Assembly (NCBI GenBank): GCA_965140785.1
Contig: OZ223514.1
Span: forward strand, 64,001-128,000
Length of the DNA stretch: 64,000 nucleotides
Direction: 5' to 3'
DNA from: an uncultured Ruficoccus sp.
Lineage (GTDB): Bacteria > Verrucomicrobiota > Verrucomicrobiia > Opitutales > Cerasicoccaceae
How positions within the stretch are numbered: the first letter of the stretch is position 1; every line of letters begins with the position of its first letter. Positions 22,401 to 32,658 of the stretch are shown one piece after another. The notes under the pieces are model-generated. The model was not told the origin of the DNA and searched no databases. It was given only the letters and a program-made list of their open reading frames with translations. The position numbers and the translations under genes were made by a program.

Positions 22401-22650
22401 CAGGGCAGCAGGGATAGCCCTGCACCCGTGATCCTGCGGATCACTGATGGCATTTTCTGGGGAAATGCCATGGGTTGACTGATCGGAAGCTCACTTTCGA
22501 TCAGTCGTTTTACGTTGGTTGCTGCCTAGGAGCTCAACTCTTCATCGGGCAGCTACGTTCGTTGCTCCAGGCAATCGCAGATACGATGCGCAGCATCGAA
22601 AGTGCAGACTTGGTCTGCCGCGGGTCTGGGCTGCGTAAGCCCGGAAAACA

Positions 22651-22679
22651 AAAAAAACCGGGGTCCTTGCGGACCCCGG
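22651..22679 (-). terminator. Terminator of amtB-glnK
   Basis: ccggggtcc-ttgc-ggaccccgg stem with a T-tract on the minus strand. Confidence 0.8.
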
Positions 22680-22710
22680 CCTGGGTAAAGGAACTTTCGG
22701 GTAAGGAGCC

Positions 22711-23067
<357 letters not shown>

Positions 23068-23113
23068 TTAATATTCAGATAGGTTACGTGGAATCAAGGT
23101 AAATTCCACCCGA

Positions 23114-24505
23114 TTAGCCCTTCGTGGCGCCCGCGAAGTCCGGATAGGACTCCTGACCGTGCTCGCCGATGTCGAGACCTTCGAATTCTTCTTCTTCGCT
23201 CACACGGACACCCATGATGGCCTTGATCACGCCGAAGATGATGAGGGAGGCGATGAACGCTGTGATGGAAACCGCGGCGGTACCGATCAGCTGCCAGATG
23301 AAGGTGACACCGTCAGCGGCGGCAGCGGCGCCACCGAAGAGAGCTACCGCGATGGTGCCGAAGTTACCGCAGATACCGTGAACGGAGACGGCACCGACCG
23401 GGTCGTCGATCTTGATCTTGTCGAAGAACAGAACCGCGACTACGACGATGATACCGGCGAGAATACCGACTACAACCGAACCCCAGGGGGAGATGTAGTT
23501 AGCACCGGCGGTGATGCCGACGAGACCGGCGAGAATGCCGTTCAGGCCCATGGAGAGGTCAGGCTTCTTGAGGAGAATCCAGGAGGTGAACATGCCGCCC
23601 AGGCCACCGGCACAACCGGCCAGCGTGGTGGTCACAAACACGAAGGAAACTGCCTGCGGGTCGGCGTTGAGGACCGAACCACCGTTGAACCCGAACCAGC
23701 CGAAGAACAGCATAAACACACCGATGGTGGCCAGCGGCATGGAGTGGCCGAGGATCGGCTTGATCTTGCCGTCAACATACTTGCCTTTGCGGGCGCCAAG
23801 GATGATCACAGCAGCCAGAGCGGCGTAACCGCCGAAGGCGTGGACCAGCGAGGAGCCGGCGAAGTCGGCGAAGCCGTGGGCGTCGAGCCAGCCACCGCCC
23901 CATTCCCAGGAACCGGTGATCGGATAGATGAAGCAAACCAGGATCGTGGCGTAGATCATGAAGCTGGAGAGCTTCACGCGCTCGGCCACGGCACCTGAGA
24001 CGATGGTCGCGGCGGTGGCGGCGAACATGGCCTGGAAGATGAAGTCGGCCCAATAGGTGTAGTCTGCGTAGGAGTTCGTCATGTTGGCGAAGACATCCGC
24101 ACCTTCAAAGCCGTTGGCAATCAGGCCGCCAGCGGCTACGAAGCCGTTGAAATCTCCGGGATACATGGCGTTGAAACCCCACAGGGCGTAAACGATGACC
24201 CCCATGCAGACGATGAACACGTTCTTGAACAGAATGTTCACCGTGTTCTTGCTCTGGGTCAGGCCAGTCTCCACGCAGGAGAAGCCGAGGTGCATAATGA
24301 AGACCAGCGCTGCGGAGATCAGGATCCACAGGTTGCTGACCGTGAAAAAGTCAGCGGCGGGGGTCGTCATGAAGCCTTCATAGGTCTCAAGAGCGGCACC
24401 CTCGGTCAGTTTATCGACTTCCTGTGCCATGGAGCTGGAGCTGGCGACAAAAGCCAAGCCGAGCATGAGCAGCAGAAACTTCCAGAATCTGAGTTTAGTT
24501 ATCAT
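23114..24505 (-). CDS. amtB: Ammonium transporter
   Basis: FQAMFA, IVSGAVAER, DFAGSSLVH, WFGFNGGS, DDPVGAVSVH. Confidence 0.97.
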   Translation of the reverse strand: MITKLRFWKFLLLMLGLAFVASSSSMAQEVDKLTEGAALETYEGFMTTPAADFFTVSNLWILISAALVFIMHLGFSCVETGLTQSKNTVNILFKNVFIVCMGVIVYALWGFNAMYPGDFNGFVAAGGLIANGFEGADVFANMTNSYADYTYWADFIFQAMFAATAATIVSGAVAERVKLSSFMIYATILVCFIYPITGSWEWGGGWLDAHGFADFAGSSLVHAFGGYAALAAVIILGARKGKYVDGKIKPILGHSMPLATIGVFMLFFGWFGFNGGSVLNADPQAVSFVFVTTTLAGCAGGLGGMFTSWILLKKPDLSMGLNGILAGLVGITAGANYISPWGSVVVGILAGIIVVVAVLFFDKIKIDDPVGAVSVHGICGNFGTIAVALFGGAAAAADGVTFIWQLIGTAAVSITAFIASLIIFGVIKAIMGVRVSEEEEFEGLDIGEHGQESYPDFAGATKG

Positions 24506-24570
24506 GATATGTTTAGGGTTTGTTTGAAATCAGAGCGTATGCTTCTGTTTGAGTTTAGGCGGGAGAATAT

Positions 24571-24587
24571 AGCAGCGTGCGTGCCAA
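24571..24587 (-). promoter_or_regulatory. Sigma-54 (-24/-12) promoter of amtB-glnK
   Basis: Minus strand TTGGCACGCACGCTGCT with exact GG-N10-GC spacing, about 65 bp upstream of the ATG. Confidence 0.8.
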
Positions 24588-24823
24588 CCTGTTCTCCACG
24601 GAAGGTAACGGGCAAAAAATGATGCCGTACCGGTCCCGCGAGCTGGGGCGTCTCAGCGCCGGCTGCGGGTAAGTCGTTACCGATGAGTACCTAAGCAGCT
24701 CCTGGGCCGATCGGGAGAGTTGGGATAAATTTCTGTTAAAAGATCGGTAAAAGACGAATCTGTCCCTGAAAACCGTCCGCTCCAGTGAGAGCCAAGGGAC
24801 GGGAGCCGATTAAATGTACGCAC

Positions 24824-24860
24824 AAAAAAGCCCCGCACGGCTCTGGGCCATGCGGGGCTT
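24824..24860 (-). terminator. Terminator of aspS
   Basis: aagccccgca...tgcggggctt stem with an A-tract on the plus strand. Confidence 0.75.
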
Positions 24861-24927
24861 GACGGGTGTTAAAAATATGAGCGTCCGCCTCTGTTGGTGG
24901 GTGAGGCGGCCGCCTTAAATTTTGCGC

Positions 24928-26727
<1,800 letters not shown>

Positions 26728-27024
26728 GGCAGAAAAGCCAGAGAGTCACGCAAAACAGAACGCATGAGGCAAGGCGGAAGTTCGGGGTGCGTGGCTGCGC
26801 TCGACAAACGTTCGGCATGATATCCGAAGAAAAGCTCCAGCCTCATGCTTGGCCGCGACTCACCCTGGTGGCTGGCAGGGGATGGCGCCTCCAGGCGGAA
26901 CTGGCGTACGGTGCCCGATGGATGCCCTGCCGACATCCCGAACGGCCTGGAGGATAGGCTATTGACCCGGGCGTTATGTATGATATAAAATCCAAACACC
27001 CTGTAACCCCAACCAAACGGAATA

Positions 27025-27786
27025 ATGAACGAACACCCCTGCGTCATCCGCTCCTTGTGCTCCACGCCAAAGCGATTGGCGGGCCTTGCGCTCGTCGTCT
27101 CCTTAGCCGCCATGCCGGTGGCTAATGCCGCCATCACCCTGAGCTTTACCTATGATGCTGCTGCCGGCACCATCGTGATCCAGGAGACCGGCTCGGCCTC
27201 GCCGGAGAGCACGGGCGGCGGTCGGGTCGATCCTGAAACCTCCGTTGACTTTTCGGGCGGCATCTTTGTGAACCATCTGGGTTGTAATATCGCATCGACC
27301 AATGATCTCCTCGAGAGAGATGGACCGTGGGTCAGTGGCCAGGGGCTCGTGCTCTACAGCGAGGCCACCCATAGCGAGACCACCGAGTCCGTAGCCATGT
27401 TTCACTACAGCGAATCCGGACTGGTCCCGACGACCTCGACCGGCAGCGACGTGATCGTGTTCTACCTCAGTAACAACGGTGAGCACCCCGAGCTCTTCGA
27501 CATCCTCGTCAGGCACGACACAGGGAGCAACTCGCTCATCCCATGGGATACGGCAACGATCACGTTTACTGAGTCCAGCGAGGGCGCGCTGGCGCAGTTT
27601 TGGTCGGACCTGTCCGTTGCGATCGGCAGCGGTCTTTATTATGCGACCGCACCCGAGGCGGAGCACTTTCTTGAGATCAAGGCCGTGACGATTAATGTCC
27701 CCGAACCGCGCACCTACGCGGCTATGCTGGGGAGTGCCTGTTTGCTGGGGCTCGTGCTGAACCGGAGGCGTGCTGCCCGTCGTTAG
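27025..27786 (+). CDS. PEP-CTERM sorting-domain surface protein
   Basis: Signal peptide; C-terminal VPEPRTYA + TM helix + RRRAARR. Confidence 0.9.
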   Translation: MNEHPCVIRSLCSTPKRLAGLALVVSLAAMPVANAAITLSFTYDAAAGTIVIQETGSASPESTGGGRVDPETSVDFSGGIFVNHLGCNIASTNDLLERDGPWVSGQGLVLYSEATHSETTESVAMFHYSESGLVPTTSTGSDVIVFYLSNNGEHPELFDILVRHDTGSNSLIPWDTATITFTESSEGALAQFWSDLSVAIGSGLYYATAPEAEHFLEIKAVTINVPEPRTYAAMLGSACLLGLVLNRRRAARR

Positions 27787-27840
27787 GGTCCGGCTGTATC
27801 AGCAATCTGCCTGCCGCGAGTGTGTGGCTGCGTGCAGTGC

Positions 27841-28293
27841 CTACGCCTCCAGCAGCAGCTTCGGGATCGCTGCGTTACGGTGGCGGAAGATGCCCGCGAC
27901 CTGGCGTTTGATGATCGGGTAGGCGAGGTCGCCCAGCGGGGTGAGGGGAAGCTCGTAGGTGACATCGTCGAGGATGCGAGTACGTCCGCCGAGGTTCTCG
28001 AAGCGGTGACGGTGGACCCAGGTTTTGTAAGGCCCCTTGATCTGCTCATCGACAAATTCGTGCGGCGGGTCCCAGACTGGGATGCGCGTGCGCCAGCGCA
28101 TGGGCAGGCCAGAAAGCTTGATGCGGTAGTCGATCAGCGTCCCGGCCCGCATCTCGATCGGCAGCGGGGTGAGAATCTCGAAGCCGAGGCTGTCCGGCGT
28201 GATGCGCTGGAGGTTCTTTGCGTCCGCGAAAAACGCGAACACCTGCTCCGCCGGTAGCGGCAGTTCCAGCTCGGCATGGAGATGGTGGCGCAT
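27841..28293 (-). CDS. SRPBCC family protein
   Basis: VFAFF...NLQRITP, FVDEQIKGPY..WVHRH.F, IFRHR. Confidence 0.88.
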   Translation of the reverse strand: MRHHLHAELELPLPAEQVFAFFADAKNLQRITPDSLGFEILTPLPIEMRAGTLIDYRIKLSGLPMRWRTRIPVWDPPHEFVDEQIKGPYKTWVHRHRFENLGGRTRILDDVTYELPLTPLGDLAYPIIKRQVAGIFRHRNAAIPKLLLEA

Positions 28294-28500
28294 AGGGGTA
28301 TCATCGGCGAGAATCCACGGGAAATAAAGCGGCACCGGGTGAATTCCGGGTAAATTCGTGGATTCAGGGATGCATAAACTCGAAAATGAAGGGTATGGGC
28401 GGCATCCGGTTGTGCGGCGGGTATCGCTTCCCTTTACGGCTTCCACAAATTTATGAATTCATCCTGTTCAAGTGCAGGACGGCTTCCTACAATCGGGACC

Positions 28501-29196
28501 ATGAAACTGACGTATTTCGGCCATTCCGCCTGTTTGCTTGAAACCTCGGAGCACAAGCTGCTCTTCGACCCCTTCCTCTCCGACAACCCCCTCTGCGACA
28601 TCAAGCCGGAGGATGTGAAGTGCGATTACATCCTGCTCACGCACGGGCACACGGACCACTATGGCGACACCGAGGCCATCGCCAAGGCCAACGACGCGCC
28701 CGTCATCGCCACCTTCGAGCTGGCCTCCTTCTGCGGGTCGAAGGGCCTGCGCACCGTCCCGATGAATCTCGGGGGTGCTTCGGAGTTTCCTTTCGGGCAC
28801 GTCAAGCTGACCACCGCGCATCACAGCTCCAGCTACCCGGGGCCGGACGGACTACCCATCTACATGGGTGAGCCGGCGGGCATTCTCGTCATGTCCGAGG
28901 GGCAGACTTTTTATCATGCCGGGGATACCGCGCTGACCATGGACATGAAGCTGACCGGCGAGCAGCACGAGATCGATCTGGCCCTGCTGCCCATCGGCGG
29001 GCATTTCACCATGGGCATCCCCGAGGCGCTCAAGGCCGTCTCGTTCCTCAAGGCCAAACGTGTCGTGCCCTGCCACTACAACACCTTCCCGCCCATCGAG
29101 ACCGATCCGTGGGCCTTCGTCTCCAGGCTGGCCGAGACCGAGGACATCGTCTGCGAAGGCCACGTCCTCGCCCCCGGCGAGTCGATGAGCTTTTAG
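28501..29196 (+). CDS. UPF0173 metal-dependent hydrolase (MBL fold)
   Basis: YFGHSA, DPFL, THGHTDH, YHAGDT, LPIGGHFTM, HYNTFP. Confidence 0.92.
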   Translation: MKLTYFGHSACLLETSEHKLLFDPFLSDNPLCDIKPEDVKCDYILLTHGHTDHYGDTEAIAKANDAPVIATFELASFCGSKGLRTVPMNLGGASEFPFGHVKLTTAHHSSSYPGPDGLPIYMGEPAGILVMSEGQTFYHAGDTALTMDMKLTGEQHEIDLALLPIGGHFTMGIPEALKAVSFLKAKRVVPCHYNTFPPIETDPWAFVSRLAETEDIVCEGHVLAPGESMSF

Positions 29197-29380
29197 GGGA
29201 CGGGATTTTGCTTACCGCAAAGACGCCAAGGGCGCAAAGCGCTGGCGCTGGCTATCGGGCCCGATGGGGTGGACCGGGACGGCTCCCTGTTTGCCTGCGC
29301 GCTTTTATGCCGCTTCGACCGTTTACCTGAACAGGGCCTAAGAACGCAAAATATTCTTCGTATAGCCGTAATTGTGGATA

Positions 29381-29420
29381 CAAAAAAACAGCGTGGCCAC
29401 TCTGACCACACCGCTTTTTT
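29381..29420. terminator. Possible bidirectional terminator between convergent genes
   Basis: A-tract, imperfect agcg-tgg...cca-cgct stem, T-tract. Confidence 0.45.
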
Positions 29421-29462
29421 CAGGTAAAGTTTTCGGGCGGAACACCCTGCCGAGACGACCGC

Positions 29463-30011
29463 CTATCGGCGAACGCGTCGGCGAAGGAAGGCACATCCGA
29501 TCGCTGCCAGACCGAGCCCGAGCGCGTAGGTCGAGACTTCGGGCACCTGGACGGCGCTCATGTACACGGTGTTGTTCCCGCTGTCAGAGATGAAGGTGGC
29601 CGACTGCCCGTTGCTCAGGCCGAGGTCGGCCAGCGACTTGTCGTTAAAAGTCAGGCTGCCGGAGATGGCCTGGCCCTCGACATAGCCGTCCGGGGCGTCA
29701 ATGCCGTTGTCACTGAAACCGAAGCTATCGCCATCCTGCTCGTCGGCAATGCTTAAACTCCAGGGGGCTGGGTCGAGTTCGAAGAAATCGCTGTCTGTGT
29801 CGTAATTGCCGTTGTAGGCAAAGAATCCGTAGTCGGTGAGCATGGCATTAGGCCCGGATCCCTCAAAGCTAAAGCTGTCCCACGAACCGGAGTAGGAGGC
29901 GATCGTATCACCCGTCGATTAGTTGTAGCTGAAGGTGAGATTGATCGCCGCAAAGGATGGCGTAATGCTAAGTGCGATAATGGACAGAGTGGCGAGTAGC
30001 TTAGCTTTCAT
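29463..30011 (-). pseudogene. PEP-CTERM surface protein interrupted by an in-frame TAA (29919-29921)
   Basis: MKAKLL...FAAINLTFSYN*STGDTIASYSGSW continues in frame to VPEVSTYALGLG...RRRVRR. Confidence 0.8.
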
Positions 30012-30431
30012 TGTGTCTTTATTGATAATGGCTTTAAGTGAGCACACAGTTAGCATTAAGGCTCTATAGCTAGTCAAATGAATATTTATAGCTTGCATAA
30101 GAGGTGCTTGCCGGGTGACGGGCCTCACTGGCAGCGGTCAAGGGTAGAACGCCGCTCTGACGTCGGCTCTGATTGGGACTTCGGGAGGAGATTTGATCCT
30201 GTTTGCCAAACGCCCCATCTAGCCTGCCTCGCTGAGTTTCGGTCCGTTTTTCGTGTCCCCGACTACGACAGATAGCGAACCGAAAAATGGACACATGCGG
30301 AGCATTTGGGGCATAGCCTCGAGCCAGCAGGTGAATCAAACCTTGATTCGTCTCGAAGCCCGGAAACGCTCTTAAAACCAGCCGTCTCCGGCTCGTTTTC
30401 TGTTCTGTAAAAACAGCCTAGTCCCCGCGGC

Positions 30432-32642
30432 CTAATCCTTCGACGGGTCTTCAGGGGCGGCCTCGACCGTGAAGGCGGTCTGGGCGACGCCGCGGTTGCC
30501 GGACTCGTCGAGGACTTCGACCACGATGCTGTGCGGGCCGGGCTTGGGGCTGTCGAGCTGAATGCGGAAGATTTCGTCCTGCGCGTCAAAGATGCCGTCC
30601 TCGGGCTGGATGTTAACCGGGTCGGCGCCGTCGAGCACGTAGCGGGCGGCGGTGAGGATGCTGGTCTTGTCCGAGGCGGAGAAGACCAGCACGGTGTTGT
30701 CCGCGTTGCGCTTCTGGGCTTCCAGCGTGACGGACGGGTTGGTGTTGTCCACGAGGAAGGGCTGGCTGAGCTTGAAGCCGGTGCGGGCTTCTCCGGGCGG
30801 GTTGCTCGGCTGGTCGGAGGCGGTGACCTTGAGGCGGTAGTAGCCGTCGGCCAGGCCGCGTGTGTTGAAGGAGTAAACGTTCTCCTGCAACTGGTCGGTC
30901 AGTGTGACCCAGTCGGTAGCGTTCTCGGCCTTGACGGCGACGGCATAGACCAGATCGTCCCCGTTGGGGTCGTAGGCGCGCCACCCGGCGGAGAAGTACC
31001 CGGCCTCGCCCAGTGGGCGGATCTGGCGCCTGGGCGGGGGCTCCTGGTCGAAGCTGCCGGGCTCGGCGCCCCCGGTGAGCTGGGAGAGGTTGATCGCTCC
31101 GGCCTTGGGCGGGATGGTGACGACGGTCAGGCCGATGGGCAGCAGGTTGACCCGGTTGATAATGGGGGCGCCGTTGTGAGCGGTGTAAAAGAGTCGCACG
31201 CCGCGCAGCACCGCGTCGGGCTGGTCAAAGTCGGCCTTGTACTGGAGGTAGCGGCCCGGCGGGCTCGTGATCGTGCGCTCGCGCAGGGGGGTCCAGTCGG
31301 TCCAGGTCGCGTCCGGATCGGGGGTGTTGCCGGTGCGGGTCTCCCAGGAGAGACCGGCGATTTCCTGGGTGGGGCTGGCGAAGAGGCGCAGCGCCCCCCA
31401 GTTGGCGGTGAGCTTGGCGTCCACCGGCTCGGAGGTGAGGGAGCCCTTCTCGGCCGGGCGACCGGCGAGCTTGTAAACCGCGCCGGGATTGCTGCTGAGC
31501 ACGTAGAGCGCGCCGTCCTCGCCGGGGACGGGGACCAGGCCGGTGATTTCGCCCCCGCTTTCAGCACACTGGATGAGTTTCCACTGGCTCAGGTCGGTGA
31601 CTTGGAAGAGGCTGCCGTTTTCGCTCGCCCCGACGGTGAAGGAGCCGTCCGCGTTGACCCGGAAGGCGCTGATGTTCATACTGACCGGCGACCACAGCGG
31701 CTCGGCGAAGCCGTCGGCCCCGATCTTGAACAACAGGCTGGGCGCGGTGGCGGCGGCGGGTTCTTTGGGGTCGTCCTTGTCCGAGCCGTTGCGGGAGCTG
31801 TCGGAGCCGTCGTAAAGTTTTTCCAGCACGTCGGGCAGATCCTGAACGCTGCCGGGTTTGTCCTTGTCGCTTTTCTTCCCCTGGATGTGCAGGGTGGAAA
31901 AGTACACGACACCGTCTTCGCCGGCGCTGATGCCGGAGATTTCGTCCGTCCCGGCGTTGTAAATGACGGTGCCGGTGCCGTCGGGAGCGATCCGGTACAC
32001 ATAGGCACGGGGGGCGGTTCCGGCCAGCAGGTTACCCTCCGGGTCGAAGGCCAGGGCGGTGACGTGCGCCCGGTCCGTTTCGAACCACTTGACCGCCTCG
32101 TCGCCGGGCTTGAAGTCGGGCTTGAGCTTGTAAATGGTGCCGCTGGCCCCGGTGGCGACGTACAGGTTGCCCTCCTGGTCAAAGACCATATCCCAGATGT
32201 ATTCGTCCTCCGGGTCGAAGTAGATTTCGGGCCGCTGGCCGGGCGGGATGCGGTAAACCCGCCCCGAGGGCGAGGTGCCCACGTAAAGGTTGCCCTCGGA
32301 ATCGAGCGCCAGGGCGCGGGCGAGGATTTCCTCCGGCTCGAAGACCGTCTCGACCTCACCGGAGGGCGTCATCTTATAGACCGTGCCTTCCTTGCCGGTG
32401 CCGAGGTAAAGGTTGCCGTCGGCATCCGTCACGGCGCGCCAGATAATCGGGTCGTCCAGCACCGCGAGTTGCTCCAGCGAGGGGGCGAGACTGGCCTCCC
32501 CGAGGTTCGAGATGGAGACGTTGACCGGCTTGCCGGCGGAGAAGGCCGCGTAGTCGGCCTGGAGCACGGAGTGTGTCTGCACGGCGGACAGCGAGCCCGC
32601 GCCCAGGAGCGCGAGCGGAAGGGAGAAAAGCAGTTTCTTCAT
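30432..32642 (-). CDS. Secreted beta-propeller repeat protein with C-terminal Ig/FnIII-like domains
   Basis: Signal peptide; repeats of D-x-x-GNLY-x-[GA]T-x-x-x-G-x-VY; C-terminal DGYYRLKVTASD and VDNTNP. Confidence 0.85.
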   Translation of the reverse strand: MKKLLFSLPLALLGAGSLSAVQTHSVLQADYAAFSAGKPVNVSISNLGEASLAPSLEQLAVLDDPIIWRAVTDADGNLYLGTGKEGTVYKMTPSGEVETVFEPEEILARALALDSEGNLYVGTSPSGRVYRIPPGQRPEIYFDPEDEYIWDMVFDQEGNLYVATGASGTIYKLKPDFKPGDEAVKWFETDRAHVTALAFDPEGNLLAGTAPRAYVYRIAPDGTGTVIYNAGTDEISGISAGEDGVVYFSTLHIQGKKSDKDKPGSVQDLPDVLEKLYDGSDSSRNGSDKDDPKEPAAATAPSLLFKIGADGFAEPLWSPVSMNISAFRVNADGSFTVGASENGSLFQVTDLSQWKLIQCAESGGEITGLVPVPGEDGALYVLSSNPGAVYKLAGRPAEKGSLTSEPVDAKLTANWGALRLFASPTQEIAGLSWETRTGNTPDPDATWTDWTPLRERTITSPPGRYLQYKADFDQPDAVLRGVRLFYTAHNGAPIINRVNLLPIGLTVVTIPPKAGAINLSQLTGGAEPGSFDQEPPPRRQIRPLGEAGYFSAGWRAYDPNGDDLVYAVAVKAENATDWVTLTDQLQENVYSFNTRGLADGYYRLKVTASDQPSNPPGEARTGFKLSQPFLVDNTNPSVTLEAQKRNADNTVLVFSASDKTSILTAARYVLDGADPVNIQPEDGIFDAQDEIFRIQLDSPKPGPHSIVVEVLDESGNRGVAQTAFTVEAAPEDPSKD

Positions 32643-32658
32643 GGAAAGTCGGGAAAGG

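Noticed and set aside
26830..26870. HDV-like ribozyme motif (ctcca-gcc-loop-ggc)
   Set aside because: No convincing P1, P1.1 or P2 partner in the right order
29919..29921. Stop-codon recoding (Sec/Pyl/readthrough)
   Set aside because: The codon is TAA, and TAA/TAG/TGA all terminate other genes normally
30219..30421. Second MITE copy (right end acagcctag)
   Set aside because: Left end matches only about 7 of the first 8 bases and the interior is unlike 17212-17378; not supportable
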